A DNA stretch of 64,000 nucleotides from Raillietiella orientalis. Lineage: Eukaryota. Made by a program: the position numbers and the translations under genes. This document shows positions 1-12,119 of the stretch, one piece after another (within the stretch, counting starts at the first letter, position 1; every line of letters starts with the position of its first letter). Where the stretch lies: NCBI GenBank assembly GCA_036172245.1, contig JAYWIR010000001.1, positions 8,990,001-9,054,000 on the forward strand, read 5' to 3'. A model generated the notes under the pieces. It was not told where the DNA came from and made no database searches. It saw nothing but the letters and a program-made list of their open reading frames with translations.

Positions 1-2539
1 TTGAGTTTCGCTGTGCTCATTACTCGCGACCTTATGATCAGGATGCTTCTGCTTGGCATCTGATATGTATTCCAGCAATCTCTGTACATCTAAATACTCT
101 TTTTATCTACGTGCTGCCCTTGCTGGCCGGAAAATTCACATACTGAAAAGCACGTGCCCGTGAGCCTCGCGCCTTCGTTTCCATCTGAAACTTGAAGGTC
201 TGCTCGTGGCACCTTTAACAAACGTTGTGTAGGGCTCTTAAAGGAGCAGAGCAACCTTCATCAACCTTCTCTTGATGTGAGGCTCAAAAGAATGAACTGC
301 TGCTTACTTTAGTAAGCAGCAGTTCATTCAAGGGTTTTTCTCATCGCGAATCTCTTGACTGGAAAATGCTCTCAGAAATCTATACATCTCTGATGACTTG
401 TTGTCAGATTCGAGGCACTGAGCTCGATAAGAGATATCCTCATCAGAGTTGAAACGCGTGCAAGCTTTTTTTTTTTTTTGTTTTTTTTTGGCTGTTGTTG
501 TTGTTTCAATTCGACTCGGTCGCGTTTGTTTCTCGCCAAGTTCTACCATGGATGCGGCGAAAAGAGTGACCTCACCGTCTCTCTAAAAAAGCTAACTACT
601 TGTGTTTTGCAAATGACTCTGCCTCGAGAGTAAATGTGATTTCTGGGTTTCTGTTTCACACCTCTTGACTTTGTTTCATTTTGTTTTCCAGACTCCCTTC
701 TCAAGAAGCTGTAAATCTCTCCGTGCCAGTGCTCTATTTTGGAAATTTGACTTCTTCAGCCTTGCAAACTGCATGCTGCTCTATCCGCATTCGGCAGACG
801 AATTGCTGATTCATAAGGTGAGTTTTCGAAAAACACCACTCTTCAAACACCAGTTGTGCTTGGCGCTCGATACACTTTTGGCGAGAAGACGAGAGAGACT
901 GACGTTTTCAAAAGTGTTGCCGAGGTTGTGACTGGGAACGGGAAACACCCGTCTCCTCCTGAAATCTAGGGGATGTCATGAAGGGCAACAGATGACAGTT
1001 ACGGATTCTGTTTAAGCTGCTTGTTTTCCTTTCCCAGCAACGGATTTCAACGGCACTTACATCTTGGAATCTAGTTCTTGTAGACAATAATAACAGCATG
1101 TTGGATTAAAAGAGGATTCCAAGATCCTTAAAAATGGAATCTAGGATAGCAAAACTTTTATGCTCTTCACTTTTAGCTTTGTTTCCTGACATAATGTACA
1201 CAGAAACATGGGATGGGATCGGAACGAATGCAATATAATGCAGTGGGAGTGAGGAATGGGGACAGCATGGAGTGCCTATCCATAGGAGACCAAAAAACGG
1301 ATCAAGTTTTTTCAGCTTGTAATGAGTGGCCAAATTGGACCTGCTGAATGGCATGGAAGAGGATGCGTATCACCCAGGGCAAAAGATTCCAGCTGCTGAG
1401 GTTCTCTCTCGGAGAAAACCTCGGCACTGTGACTAATTGTCAACCCAAAGGCAGCGTCCTTCTACAGAAAATTCCTCTGGAATTGTTGTGCTCTTTCTTT
1501 TTGATCTGAAGGTTGAGATTACATCGGACAATTGGACAATCGGACAATGGTACGGTTCGAAGAATAACCCAAACTTGGCATTTTTCACAGAGGCCAAACT
1601 GCTGTGGGCATCCTCGCATAAAGCTCACCATGTCTTTCTCGATAATGATTCCAAGCTGTCTTTAGCATGTGTCCTCGTCAAGTGTTTCAGTGCTCCTGAT
1701 TTTTGCTTGCTGGATCAGGCATTTTTGTTTCCGTTGTGGTGACCGTAAGAATCCGCCTGAACTCAAGTGATCCTATGCTTTTTTCGAAGCACACTGGTTA
1801 CCCACTTTTGGGTCGCATCGTCGGTTCCTTGTTTCTTGATGTTGGCTTCTCCTTTTCAATCTTCAGCGTTCGCATATCAAATTTTCCTTTACTACGAGGA
1901 GGTTGAGGAGCCTTCGGCTGCTTGCAACTCGAGCGATACCTGGGGCTGATTACGTCTCAGATCTTATCCTTTGTGCTCAGCCGTGTGGGATGGTTCCTAG
2001 AATATGGGACGAGGATGACCAAGCCCATCTGTTTCGCTTTAAGAATTCAGCAGTCTTTCAGGAAATGTGGAGAGAGCATATAGTACAAGAAGTTAAAAAC
2101 TCAAATAGGAAGTTATTTAGAAATAGCAAGTTATTTAATGACAAAAGCATAGAACAGAAGGTCAAGAAGCAATATGGAAACCACGAATTTTCAAGAGAAA
2201 CTTTCGAAAGCGGAGGAAGTTTGTCCATATTCTCATACAACGACAGCCACGCTTTCCTCATTGTGCAGGGTAGCAGCAGGAAATCATCCCATATTTGTCA
2301 CTCAGGCAAGGAGCATTCCGGGAACGAGCACTTGTAAAGTAGAAGTGATAAGAGGATGTTAGCAGCAGGTATGGATTTTACGAGATTCACACAATTCGAC
2401 CCATTGAGAGGGTCTCAATGCAGGCTCTTGTGTTACTACCATCTAGTGGCTTGTTTTTCGGGAGCGCAAACTGATCGGATTCCGTGGTTACTCATCGAAG
2501 GAGAGCGATGCTAAACGTAGACGTTGTATTTCAGTGACC

Positions 2540-3398
2540 ATGTCAAACGACAGCAAAGAAACGGAACCTAAGAAAGAATACCTCTCTGCACTCGCTCGAA
2601 AAAGCCTGACGGCTTCTAGATTTGCTATGAAAAAGCTGTCTGTGATGATGCCTACAGATACGCCCTTCGATTTTATGCAGCTGAAAAGGGGATCCATATG
2701 GAAACGCTTCGCTCCGTTGGATTCAGGAGAAACCTTCCTTGACACGAAAGGGGATGAAAGCGGTTCCGGCGTCTTGAGGCCCAAGGTACTGGGCACGGGC
2801 TGCCTACTCACGGTTCTCGTCTATGACCGCCTTTCTCTCAATTGTTTTCAGGTACAAGAAGAAAACACTTTCAGAATGGAGCCACCCGTTAGGTTTTCGC
2901 CCTATTACGTTACCAAAGTTCTGAAAGAAATTTTAGAAGCGAATTTAGAGGGTAAACAATATGACGCCGTGGAAGCTGCAGTTGCTGCGCAAAACATGGC
3001 CTGTGCAGCCCGAAGAAAAATCAAAGACTTGAACTTCAAAAGGTTTGCTGGCAATATAGTTCAGGAACATTACGTATGGGGTTTGCTCCTGAAAGCCGAG
3101 CAAACAGGAAACGACCCCAAACGCTTCAAGCAGATGGATACGTCGAAGGGCGCGTTTCATTTTCCTTTGATAGCCACTATTCCTTCGCTGACCGCTCGTC
3201 TCGCGATAACCCTGAACTCTCTCTTCTTTCAGATACAAGTTCATTATCCTGGTCACCGTCGGAGAGAAAAAGGACCAAGGGATAAGGGCGATAGCAAAAT
3301 TTTTGTGGGATGCTGAGAGAGACAACTACGCCTCTGTGCAGTTCGAATCGAAAAACCTTTTCGCCGTAGCTTCCGTCTTTGCCTTGAATTACGAGTGA
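2540..3398 (+). CDS. Tctex-1 domain dynein light chain (DYNLT5/TCTEX1D-like), 3 coding exons: 2540-2785, 2852-3042, 3233-3398
   Basis: GT-AG introns at 2786-2851 and 3043-3232. The spliced protein reads ENTFRMEPPVRF...KIKDLNFKRYKFIILVTVGEKKDQGIRAIAKFLWDAERDNYASVQFESKNLFAVASVFALNYE*, a typical Tctex-1 C-terminus. An acceptor-like TTTCAG just upstream of the ATG suggests a further 5' exon. Confidence 0.88.
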
Positions 3399-5791
3399 GC
3401 TCACCGGATGGGAAGATCCGTGGTGCTTGCGGACTTGCAGTGCTGCTCATCGAGGCGAATCGAAAATCTGCGTGCTTTGCCACATCAGGACGATTTCATC
3501 TGTAAAGAGAGGGACGGCAGTATGCTGAAGACCAGTATGCAGTAGAAAAAAAGGGAAGTGAGGAGAAGGGGAAGAGGGAACCTTCGAGTGAGATCGGATC
3601 CGCCCTGAGACATCTTCTCGAAGACGGAAAGGCTGCTGTCAGTTTCGGCTTTCAGGAGCACTTTCTTCTTATTGCACTTGCCTAGCATCCCACCTCAAAA
3701 TAGGAATAAAGAAGGAAACAGAAAGGTGTGAGCATTCCCCACCCACCCACCCTTCAACATCTAGCCTCTTCACTCACGAGGTGAGGATCCTCCAGAACTG
3801 CAAGTTCGCGTCCGGATAAGGTCTGAATTTTGTGTTCCCCTAGGTCAACAGACTCTTCCTTGAGGAAAGTGGAAACGGAACGGATTCAGGGAAGTATGAA
3901 GATCCGTTCGTTGGGTGCACGAGAGAGGGGAAAGGTGACTCGACACCTCTTCCATCATTTGCCATCCTTCTCAACGTACGCGTTCTCATTCTCTGTACAC
4001 TTTCGCTTTGGCAGTGTGCGCGAAAGTAGCTCCCGAAAAACTCAGCGGTGACATGTGAGTGTACATTTCTACTACTGCTGCAGCGAGCACGCAGTCGCTT
4101 TGAAGAGGTTCAACTCCGGTTACATTCCTTCGTCGGTGGCTCGTCTCTTCAGCTAAGGCGCGGGAGTTTTCTACTCCTGGATTTCTTGAGAAGGAGAAGA
4201 CCAAAGAAGAACTTTTCGACGCAATGCCGCATGTCGTGCTGATCATTCCATCCGTAAGCCACGGGTTACGGAAGGAAGGAAGCTGCATCACTCTGAAGAG
4301 AAGAAATTCTCAGGCATTGCTTCTTTTCGTTTCTTTTGGCTCCAGAACAAAGTGACTCAGAGGCCTGATTTCGGAAAAAGAGGAACAGAACGGGGGATAG
4401 CCAAATTATCACTGTGCCAGTGACCACCAGGAGCAGCTCTTGAGGAGATAGTGGCATCTCAGAAGGAAGGATGCACGCTCGATGCATCCTTCCTTATGAG
4501 ATGAGATCTGAGAAGCGCTTGCGACCACTTACATGAAACCTCAATGACGTCTAAGGAGCAACCAGAGGGGAATGGATGGAGAGGGTTCAAGGCTCAGCTC
4601 TCAAACTGAACAAAATCTTTGGGAAGCAGGGACCTTTAACCTTATGGTTCCACAAAAGATGAGGTTCTGGAGTCTTTCCGCTTGATCCCGGCTTGTCAAG
4701 ATCAGCTGCTGATAATGCCGAAAGATCTGAAGTGGATTTGCAAAAAGTACTTCGGAGGAACCCCTGCTTTTTGAAATGGGCATCTTTTCTTTTGCTTCCC
4801 GCCGTTACCTTACGTTCTTCTTCTTGTATTGGTCAAGGCGCATCTTATCGCCTTTGATACTCGAAAGCATTTGAAAACTTTCCATCCATCCGAGTACTGG
4901 CCGAAGTAGGCAACTCATTTATGATTGGTTGCGGTTAAACTTGGAATCATCACCGAATTCTCCGGTGAAATGGTTCAGAAGTAAAACGAATGGAAGCCTG
5001 GAACAGGAGGCTCGTGAAATTCCTTCGAGATCCCCACCAGAAACCGGAAATGATGCTCGTTTCTCGGTGCACGGAAGGTACTTTTTCGCGACGTTTCGTC
5101 ACTTGGGGTCATGTTTGTCTGCTTGCTGTCCCTCTTGCATTGAAGTCTCGGCATCAACCACCAATTAACACTTTATCACCTCTGATCGGAACAAGAAAAA
5201 ATTTGGTGAAATTTGAAAAAATCACATGAATGTCCCGTGAGCATTCCTGGAACGAAAGAACCGCTCTGCCCGGTTCCACCCCTGCAGACGTTCCCAGAAG
5301 CCTTCGCGCTCTTTGCTGATTCGTTGTGACCCGGCACATTCTCCTCTTAGTGGATGTCTTCGGCGCCCGCAGTTCCGTCTCTCTTGGCCAGATTTCTCGG
5401 TGGCATCCGTGAGATCCAAGAACACGGAAAGTAAAAATGTCACTTGCTTTTGGGAGGGCACGCGGCATTTGCCAATGGAACCGGCCAGCCTTTCGGTGCT
5501 CACAAAAGAGAAGTCTCAAATGTTCGTGGCGACATGTGACCTCGGTTGGTGGAACCAGCAGTCGAGCTCGAAACCGCTCTCTGCATCGCTCACTTTCTAT
5601 AATATCGCTTTAATCGGTGTGTACAGTTCGCAGGTACCATACCAGTTTTGGGGGGTCTCTATCGAACACCTCCGGACAGCGTGATGTTTCTCGTCCTCAG
5701 TTAAATAAAACATCAAAAGATGCGCAAACTCATCTTGGTTCTTGTTCCGATGCAGAGTGGCTTGCTCTGGTTTAAAGCAAGGACATCGGCG

Positions 5792-6960
5792 TCAGCGAGC
5801 CGCTTGGAGGCGCGCCTTGAGCTCCTGGGACCTGCGTCGCCTGTGAAGAAACTCGATGATCCACTGCGTCGATGCTCTCTGCGCAGCATCCACATTGCGA
5901 TCCGAAAGTTTGGCGTGGTTTGACGTCCTGGGAAGGGAGGTGTCGATAAGGAAGCGCACCACGTAATGACCGCGACCCATTGATGTTCCCGGGAGGAGCC
6001 GACAGGCGGGTCGCATCGGGAGATTCCACGAAAAGTGGCATCCATGGGCTCGCGAAGAGATGGGCGGATCTGGCCCATTCCGCAAACCGCTAGGGAATGT
6101 GAAGGGATGCCGGTGAGGAGTGGCTTTCGTGGGCAGCAGAGATTTTCGTTCTTGCACTGTTTCCGGTGTGTATGCGCAGGTGCACGCTGATGGAATGGAA
6201 TGGAAAATGGATGGGAGTCCAAGTGGACGAAGATTTGGCGGCAGTTTGGGAAGGAGTTGGATGCTCGCACCATCCATCATCTTCCTCATTCCGTCCTCCC
6301 CACTCTTGGTCTCTGGCCGGCTTGTGAAATGAGGACTGGCAATGAGAGAGTGAGCTCTGGGTATCCGCGCTGATGTCCAGTGAGAATCCCTGAGGAGAGA
6401 AACGTACCTGAGGAGCACGCAGTCTCTGGACGTGGTGCTCCTCCTCCGGTGCACAGATCTTGGTGAACTGGGTGAAAATCGAAGGGCAAGTGGTCCTTCT
6501 CGCCGGTGCGGAGGTGACTTGTGCAGGAGCTCCGCTGGAAGTAGCCCGGGAGACATTCCCGCGCAGGCGACCTTGTAGGGCGATCCTTCCAGGCGTTTTT
6601 CGGGAAGGCACGAATATCCTTCCTCGCGCTGCCTCTTTCGGCTCACCAAGCACTGGGAAGGCGTGGAGGTGGTGACATCCGTTCTGTGGAGTGCGCAGCT
6701 CGGTAACGGGAAATGCTGTGCGCACGCACGTGGGCAGCGAGCGTCCTGGGATGCGCCACGGAAACAGACGGCTCCCTCTTGCAGTCTTTTCCACTGAGAT
6801 CAACTCTCTCAGCCACCCGATGGAGCCCTGCAGCTCCGGGAAGCTGACCGAAAAACAAGCATGCGGAAAGGGTTCTGCTGGCTGTTGAGACGCGTACGCC
6901 ACCCATTGAGTCGCACATCTTGCAGGACGCACCTCGTTCACAGCGCGGACATTGGTCACG
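5792..6960 (-). CDS. possible multi-exon gene of unknown function
   Basis: Long open frames bounded by plausible splice sites (donor GTACGT near 6407, pyrimidine-rich CAG acceptors near 6340, 6652 and 5928). Putative last exon TSNHAKLSDRNVDAAQRASTQWIIEFLHRRRRSQELKARLQAAR*. No recognisable domain. Confidence 0.25.
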
Positions 6961-7079
6961 AGTTGGCCTGTCCATCCGACGTGACCGCGATCGTACAGTG
7001 TCCAATCAGGGGTTCCATGCTGTCCCGTTTTTTCCTTGCCACAAACGGGAGAAACAACCCGTATGCGGCATGAGGAACA

Positions 7080-7680
7080 GGAATCTCTGGCACTGGCACG
7101 TGGGGATCACACGGCTCCCATGACTAACCGGAATCAGGAGCAGACCCTCCAGGGTCCTTCCAGGAGTCACGAAGTTCGTGCTACGAAGTCGAGCCCCTCC
7201 ACCCATTAGGGGGCTTGATGTCCGCCTCTCGGGAGACTCCCTCGTGCAATCAAAACTGGTTGCCAGGCTTTCTTCTCGAGACGCGAGGATCTGAATGGCT
7301 CTTCCATGTTGATTTTTTATTTTTTGAAGCAATGGGGAGGGAGAGGGGAGGGGGGGAGGAAGAGAGCTGGAGTCTCGAGCCCTGGCAGAGGACGCCGCTT
7401 CCTCCATCCGAAAAACCGGAAGACTCGAGTTAAAGAGGGGATGAGGGAGCGAAAGAGGCGGATTCTGCATGAGAAAATGGGAAGGCGTTCGCTTCTGCGT
7501 TTCACTCCAGAGAAAGCCCTTCAGAGAAGTGAACGAGGTGAGCTTCCCTTCCGGGTTCCCTTCGGAGTGAGAGGGGAGGTTCCTTTCGGGGTTCCATTCC
7601 AAGGGTAACGAGGACTGCATCCTTTGGGCCTTCCTGGATTATTAGGGCTGTCCCTCGGGGTCTCCCCTTCCTGACTTGAC
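7080..7680 (+). repeat. GC-rich repeat family, copy 1 (diverged direct repeat of ~8800-9260)
   Basis: Shares collinear blocks with copy 2: GACCCTCCAGGGTCCTTCC (7143) vs GACCCTCCGGAGTCCTTCC (8852), the TTCCCTTCCGGGTTCC-type units, and TTCCTGGATTATTAGGG (7631) vs TTCCTGGATTCATAGGG (9214). Confidence 0.6.
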
Positions 7681-8799
7681 CGCTCCTGGGGGTGGCATGG
7701 ACCCCCTTGCTTCATCAGCGCTATCCCTCGGGGCTGAGAACGACAAGTCCAGACGCTCGCCGCTCGGAACTCTGCACGAGTGGGGCGTCCAGGAGCGTCC
7801 AAGCGTCTTCCAAAGAGGCTTCAGGATGCGAGGTCGCAGGAAGAGGTCCAGGAGCAGGCGGCAGGACGAGGAGACTTCGGCAGACGGGACTCGCCGTGGC
7901 GGAAGAGCATGACGGCCCGCTCGGGCATCCAGGTGGTGAAACGACCTAGGACATCCTAGGAGAGATGAGCACGATAACCTCATCCGAAAGACGTTCTCCC
8001 GAGGCCGGGACCTATCAGATCGAGGATGATTGCAGCGCCACCGCGGGATCCTAGGCAAGGCAGCTCCCCTTTCCCTTCCCCACCCCCCGCGACGGCGCGC
8101 TCGGGATTCCTGACAAATCACAGGGGGAAGGGTGCGGCCGAGAATCGCATAGCTGCTGACTTCTAGGAACAAAGTGAATCGGGAATCGCCTCGCAGAAGG
8201 AGGAGGATCGACTCTTCCTGGAAGGCAGCCGATTGGTCAAGGTAACCGAGATAACTGTGCAACAGAATCTGCACATCCCGGGCGGCAGCCGACACGCGCC
8301 CTTCTTTCCTCCCCCTTCCTCTGGCACGGCTTTCGGAAGTCGGCTAACGAGCCGTAATCTCGTTGCCACGTGGATGGGGAACCTAGATACCGTGACCGTG
8401 AACAAGCCTCGACCCGTTCCGGCGGTACCATCCCTGCGATTCTTCGGCGTGAAGAACGAAGTGGACGCTGGTCCGGGGAGTTTCCGCAGAAGCTCCGTTC
8501 AGCCTCGGGACGAAACATGGGACAGTCAGATACCCCCAGGGATGAGCTGCGACTGACGGTCCCTTTCTTTAGCAGCACAGAATCTCCTCGCGGAAGACTC
8601 CCTCTCTATCTCCGCCGACATCTCGCGTCATTTCCTTCCTGAGCGCGTTGGGGGACGCGCGGCTGCGGCGTCCGTGCGCGGTAACCAGGTGTCGCAGCTT
8701 CTAATCCCGCCCGGGAGAAGGATCGACTCCCAAGAGATGGGGGATGAGTCGTGGGTTTCGAGTCTTCCCCGCAGGGTGGTGCTGGTTGGCCCCTGTTTG

Positions 8800-9417
8800 C
8801 TTCGGGCGCGGCACTGGTGGAAACCGGATGCTCCCGTTGAGGTTAGAAGTTGACCCTCCGGAGTCCTTCCGGAATCAAAGAACCGGTTCCCTTCTGATTG
8901 TGAGAATGGAGCCGCCCCTCTCTCTTCTATGGGGACACCCCATTATGTACCATGGGGCTGGTTGATACTCCCCTCGGGGGTTGCCTCTCCAGAGTGAGGA
9001 AGAGCGCTGCTCCCTCCGGGAAATTGGGAAGCGTCCCCTCGAGGTTCTCTTGAGAGGAGGAGGAAACAGGAAACGGTTCCCTTGCGGGTTCCATCCGGAG
9101 AAGAAATTCAGGAGCGGTTCCTTTCCGGGTTCCCTCTGGAGATAACCTGGTCAAGGATTTCCTACGGGGTTCCCCTCCCAAGCATGAGGAACGGACTCCT
9201 TCCTCCAAAGTTATTCCTGGATTCATAGGGTGGTCCCCTCCCGGGGTGCTCCCTAGCACCCGGCCACGCCGGGACGCTAATAAACCATCGTGACAAAACA
9301 CACGACGACGACAGCTCTTAGTCTAGCGCGATGGTGGGGGGAGGGTGTTTCTTCCGTTGCAGTCTCTCGGAAGTCCTGAGCGAAGGCAGGAATACGCAGT
9401 GGGGAGGGGGGGAATTG
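8800..9417 (+). repeat. GC-rich repeat family, copy 2; LTR-like (contains AATAAA)
   Basis: 9146-9417 is a close reverse complement of 12681-12951; the upstream part matches 7080-7680; AATAAA near 9279. Confidence 0.75.
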
Positions 9418-11199
9418 CCGGGTTTTCGGACGCCCAAGGTCCTGCGTGGGATCGCGTCCCGCTCTTTGCGATCTTTCCTCCCTCGGGCGCTTCAATTAGC
9501 GGGCTGCCCGACGCCTGCCTCTGTACCACTCGAGATGCATCTCCGGAGTTCTCTTCCCCCCCCCTCACGAATCTGCTGCATTCCTGGCCTCTGCGATGGC
9601 GCGTGCGGAGCAGATCGCGGGGCTACGGTCGCCGCTTCCCTATCGCCTCCTCCTTGGCTAGGACGGACGGCGTGGGCGCTTGCCGCTCGGTCCGGCAGCC
9701 TCGGACTGTGTGCCACTCGCCTCCAGCCTCGCCCGAGACTCCGGCATTCCACGGGAAGGTGCGAGAATTCCTCTCCCTCGCATCTTCCTCAGCGGGGCGT
9801 CTACTCGCTTGAGCGATGCGCGGCCGTTCCTGGACAAGGCCCTGTACATCAGAAGAACCGAAAGGGGCTGCTGAGCTTTCGTGAGAATCCTCACGCGATC
9901 TCCCTTTCCCCCTTCAAAAATAAAAAAAAATGGAAAGGGACTCCCACCGACTTCTCGCCGAAGTCTGTCGTCCCAATCCTTCGGCTTCGATTGCTCTCTG
10001 GAGCGAAACTGCTGCCGTGTCTGGTCTGCGGTTTCCCACGAGTTGCATCTTGCCTTCCAGTCGCGTTCCAGGTCATCCTCCAAACCAGAGGATGCCCTGT
10101 AGCGGACCTGCTCTTCGGGCGGTGCAGCATCTCGGATGGATCCATGCCTGCCGCTCTGTTCCTCGTTCCCGTGGGGTGCTTCAGCCTTGGGCCTCTGCTC
10201 GGCCTCAACTTTTTGCAGTCGGCACCTGCGCCGCCCCTCTTCCCTGTCTGTCTGTGTCCGGAATCTCGCCGAATTCGTCTTCCGCGCGTGACCACCAGCT
10301 CGACACCCGCTTGCTGAGTACTCCGGCCGCCTCCCTGACTGCAGTGTATCCTCTTATCGGCATCCTTCTAGCGCGACCAGATACAGTTAGGCAAAACTTT
10401 GCTCCTCGATGCCTGCTGGAGCTCCCGTCGCGCTGGTTGGATCCCATTGTTCCGCCCATCCCTCGGACTCCATTTTGGCTTTCCTGAGCGTACTCTGGGT
10501 GTCAAGGATATCCAGTGTTATGAGGGAGGGTTCAGGGATTCCAGACCTCCCTTCCCTCATCCCATTTCAGGATGCATCAGAATGTATGAAAAGATGATCA
10601 TCTAAGATGACTGTATCGACTGCCGCATTTTCCTCGCGTTCCCGTGAAAGCACGAAGACATCCGAACTTTTATGACAGAAGTCAGACGTTGTTTGGGGTG
10701 CTGTTTGATCTTTAGATGTTGACTTTTCTGAGAGCTTCTCTAGATCAGGGATGAGCAATGTGAGAGAAATGTCGAAGATTCTGCGACCAGCTCATCGTGT
10801 TGAACTTTTCCCGTCTATGCCTGTTCGGAGTGCACTTCGGAAGTGTTTGGAACAGTTCCAAGATCAGAGCAGATCGCAGGCTGCCGTCCTCCCCCCTCCC
10901 CCCAAAACCAAAAAGAAACCTTACAGTTGTGACCACAGAGGAAGAAAAGAAAAAATGCAACCATTCTACTGTAATCGGCAAGAAGCCTAGTCTATCCATG
11001 AGCGGGATGTAAAGAAACCCTGGTTGTCAAACTGCTCAGTGGCTCATTGATTCTCATTGGTGTGGAAACCGAAGACAAACTCACTCTTCCGACTGGGGTT
11101 GTAACATCAAGTTTTCCCTCCTATGAGAAGGAAACACCTAACACCCCTTGAACACCTATGGTGTTCGAAGAACATGTTATACACACGTTTGATTCAAAA

Positions 11200-12040
11200 T
11201 CCCAAAAGACCTTAAAAATAGATACACATGTTTATTGTATGTATCAACACATAAATTTATTTATTATAAAGATAATAAAAACAAGCATATATGCTTATTA
11301 TGTACATTAATATATGTATATATATATAGTATTAAATAAACACAGATCGATATCAAATTTTAGAATAATTGCGACAATTAAGTATAGTGGAAAAAAAATA
11401 ATCAAACAAAATAAAGTAAGAAAAAAGAAATGTATTCGATTTTCTTATCATTTCCGACACTCTAAGGAATGAATCTTTCGCAGTAAATGATGAATTCTAT
11501 TTTCGGGATTTTCATCGTTCGATAAATGTTTATATGATTCGATGCTTTTATGTTCATAGCATTGATTATATGTATAAATACATATTGATATACATTATAA
11601 ATATACACATGTGGTTTTTATAATCTTCGTCTATTTGTAACATGCAGTGTTACAAATAGATGAACTATTATTATTATAATAAATACGTTTGTTAAGGTAA
11701 ATTTGGATATCAATCTATTTAAATATATCAATAGATATGAAGGGCATGTATATTTATTTCTTATAATCTTTGGAGTAATCTATGTATTGATCCATACATT
11801 AATTTATATATTAATGTACATATTATAAGCATAATGAACATACGTATTATTTTTTGTAGCCTTTATGATACATATTTATCTATATATAAATATATATAAT
11901 AAAGATACTGTTAATTATATTAATAACTGTAATGAAGACATATATATTATTCTCTTGATGATACATATTAATCTATACATTGATTTATGTATAAATTTAT
12001 ACATTAATATATATAACAAACATACGTATTTATTTTTCAA
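11200..12040. repeat. AT-rich low-complexity tract with degenerate ATATAC/ATTAAT motifs
   Basis: Visibly extreme AT content with recurring TACATTAATATAT-like words; no credible ORF. Confidence 0.7.
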
Positions 12041-12119
12041 GCTCTTTCGGAGTTTTGAACACCGACGGTCAGACACGAGATGGTGAATGAATCGCACGAG
12101 AAGGGAAGGTCACTTAGGA

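Noticed and set aside
1-2450. Multi-exon gene upstream of Tctex
   Set aside because: Exon-like pieces occur on both strands (e.g. + 692-817; - 1800-1940) but I could not build a consistent spliced frame.
3400-5700. Minus-strand gene downstream of Tctex
   Set aside because: Some splice-like sites, but no consistent frame or recognisable domain.
8850-9260. CRISPR array
   Set aside because: Repeats are short and degenerate, the context is eukaryotic and no cas genes are present; kept only as a motif array.
9360-9400. Hammerhead ribozyme in the repeat family (CTGAGCGA)
   Set aside because: No properly placed GAAA or three-stem junction found.
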